A stretch of DNA of 64,000 nucleotides from Halarcobacter sp. Its GTDB lineage: Bacteria; Campylobacterota; Campylobacteria; Campylobacterales; Arcobacteraceae. Within the stretch, counting starts at the first letter, position 1, and every line of letters starts with the position of its first letter. Of the stretch, positions 62,607 to 64,000 are shown in pieces. The translations under genes and the position numbers were made by a program. The DNA lies in the NCBI GenBank assembly GCA_048571215.1, contig CP182352.1:2208001-2272000 (forward strand), written 5' to 3'. The notes below the pieces were generated by a model. It was not told the origin of the DNA. It saw nothing but the letters and a program-made list of their open reading frames with translations, and ran no database searches.

Positions 62607-64000
62607 ATGAATTTCAATTATATAAAAAAAATATTATTCATACTTTTTATACCCCTATTTCTATTTTCACAAGATATAACAGATAAGGAAACTTCATCAC
62701 AAAAAAGTGTGGATGAGCACTTAGATGAACAAGTAGTTGTTGCAAATGAAGTAGTTAAAAATATAAATAAAAATAAATATTTGCAAGAGAACAAAATAAA
62801 AAAAATAAATGATGAAATAAACTACTTTGAAAATAGAATTTCATTAAACAAAAAAGAGGGTTATGCACTAGCAGTTAAAAGAGATGAATTAAAAGTTTTA
62901 CTTCTAAAAGAAAAAAAAGTTTTCAATTCAACATTAGAAAAAATCACTCAAGGTAAAAAGTCTTATAAAGATCAAGAGTATTTTAAAGAGGTTCTAAATA
63001 AAAATATAAAAAGCTTGGAAGACAACTCTTGGATAAACTATAGAAAAGATTTTTTAGAACAAAAAGATAGTAAAGGAGAGATATCAAAAGAGTTTGTTCA
63101 AAACTACAAAGATTTGATAGAACAAAATAGCCAACAACTATTTACCCTTAAATATTTACTTTCAAATATAAGTTTATATAGACATACAAATTTTTTTATA
63201 GACCAATTTAATATCCAAAGTCTAATTGCTTCAATAGACTCTTTAGAATATATCTCTACTCTTTCAGATTTCACCTCATACCATTTTAAATTTTCAATTG
63301 GTGAGATTATTGTTGTGATTTTAATCATGGTATTTTTTAGACTTTTAAATACAAAAATCATTACGCTTCTTTCAACTTTATTAGCAAAATATACTTTTAA
63401 AAATAGTGATGAAGATTTTGAAAAATACTTAAGAAAATCTATACAAAGACCTCTTGTCTTAGCTTTATATACTCTATCCGTACATATATCTATTATGATT
63501 TTAGTAAAAGACATAAAAATTATAGACAATATAATTCCTTGGATAAACACCTTATATTTAGCTTTATTTACTTGGGCAATATATTCTTTTTTGACAAACA
63601 GTATTACAAACTTTGCTCAAAGCTTAGTTGAGAGATATCCAAATGTTAGAAGGGAAATGATTGTCTTTATTTTAAGGATTACAAAAATTGTATTAATCAT
63701 ACTAGTAATTTTATTCCTATTTTCTCAATTAGGTTTAGATATAAAAGCAATTGCTGCATCACTAGGAGTTGGTGGTATTGCTATAGCTTTAGCTTCAAAA
63801 GATACCTTAGCTAACTTTTTTGGTTCGCTAAATATTATGACTGATAACTCATTTTCACAAGGGGATTGGATAAAAACTGATACAATTGAAGGAACTGTAG
63901 TAGATATTAGAATGAGAACAACAAGAATTAGAACCTTTGATAATGCAATGATTACAGTTCCTAACTCTGAACTTGCAAATGCTCATATTCAAAACTATTC
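62607..64000 (+). CDS. MscS-family mechanosensitive channel, 3'-truncated by window
   Basis: Manual translation from ATG 62607; SLGVGGIAIALASKDTLANFFG..GDWI..EGTVVDIRMRTTRIRTFDNAMITVPNS. Confidence 0.9.
   Translation, partial: MNFNYIKKILFILFIPLFLFSQDITDKETSSQKSVDEHLDEQVVVANEVVKNINKNKYLQENKIKKINDEINYFENRISLNKKEGYALAVKRDELKVLLLKEKKVFNSTLEKITQGKKSYKDQEYFKEVLNKNIKSLEDNSWINYRKDFLEQKDSKGEISKEFVQNYKDLIEQNSQQLFTLKYLLSNISLYRHTNFFIDQFNIQSLIASIDSLEYISTLSDFTSYHFKFSIGEIIVVILIMVFFRLLNTKIITLLSTLLAKYTFKNSDEDFEKYLRKSIQRPLVLALYTLSVHISIMILVKDIKIIDNIIPWINTLYLALFTWAIYSFLTNSITNFAQSLVERYPNVRREMIVFILRITKIVLIILVILFLFSQLGLDIKAIAASLGVGGIAIALASKDTLANFFGSLNIMTDNSFSQGDWIKTDTIEGTVVDIRMRTTRIRTFDNAMITVPNSELANAHIQNY

Noticed and set aside
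63104..63550. 148-aa minus-strand ORF
   Set aside because: Antisense to the MscS gene that runs off the window.

Overview
AT-rich window that looks like a Campylobacterota (Arcobacteraceae-like) chromosome, judged from AAGGA ribosome-binding sites, a stand-alone atpE with an N-terminal extension, and the gene content. Positions 1 to ~32,400 are an accessory, mobilisable island. It carries an AAA/DUF4143 ATPase end, a frameshifted CD-NTase plus a 2TM-SAVED gene (CBASS), a repeat-rich secreted polymorphic toxin with a likely immunity gene, IS256, a tyrosine recombinase followed by a segment flanked by inverted core sites, and MobC-relaxase-coupling-protein genes, and it ends at a tRNA-Arg 3' half. 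Positions ~32,900-64,000 are ordinary housekeeping, transport and signalling genes. The main observation is that four apparent 'gaps' in the ORF track (about 0.4-2.4, 8.2-9.2, 17.4-19.1 and 25.5-27.4 kb) are intact genes interrupted only by in-frame TGA. In the recognisable ones (a large serine recombinase, a DNA methyltransferase, a CPGC zinc finger) TGA sits at conserved glycine positions. This is genetic code 25 (UGA=Gly, known from Gracilibacteria/Absconditabacteria), interleaved with code-11 genes that use TGA as stop. All calls come from manual reading; no database searches were run, and codon counts are hand counts.
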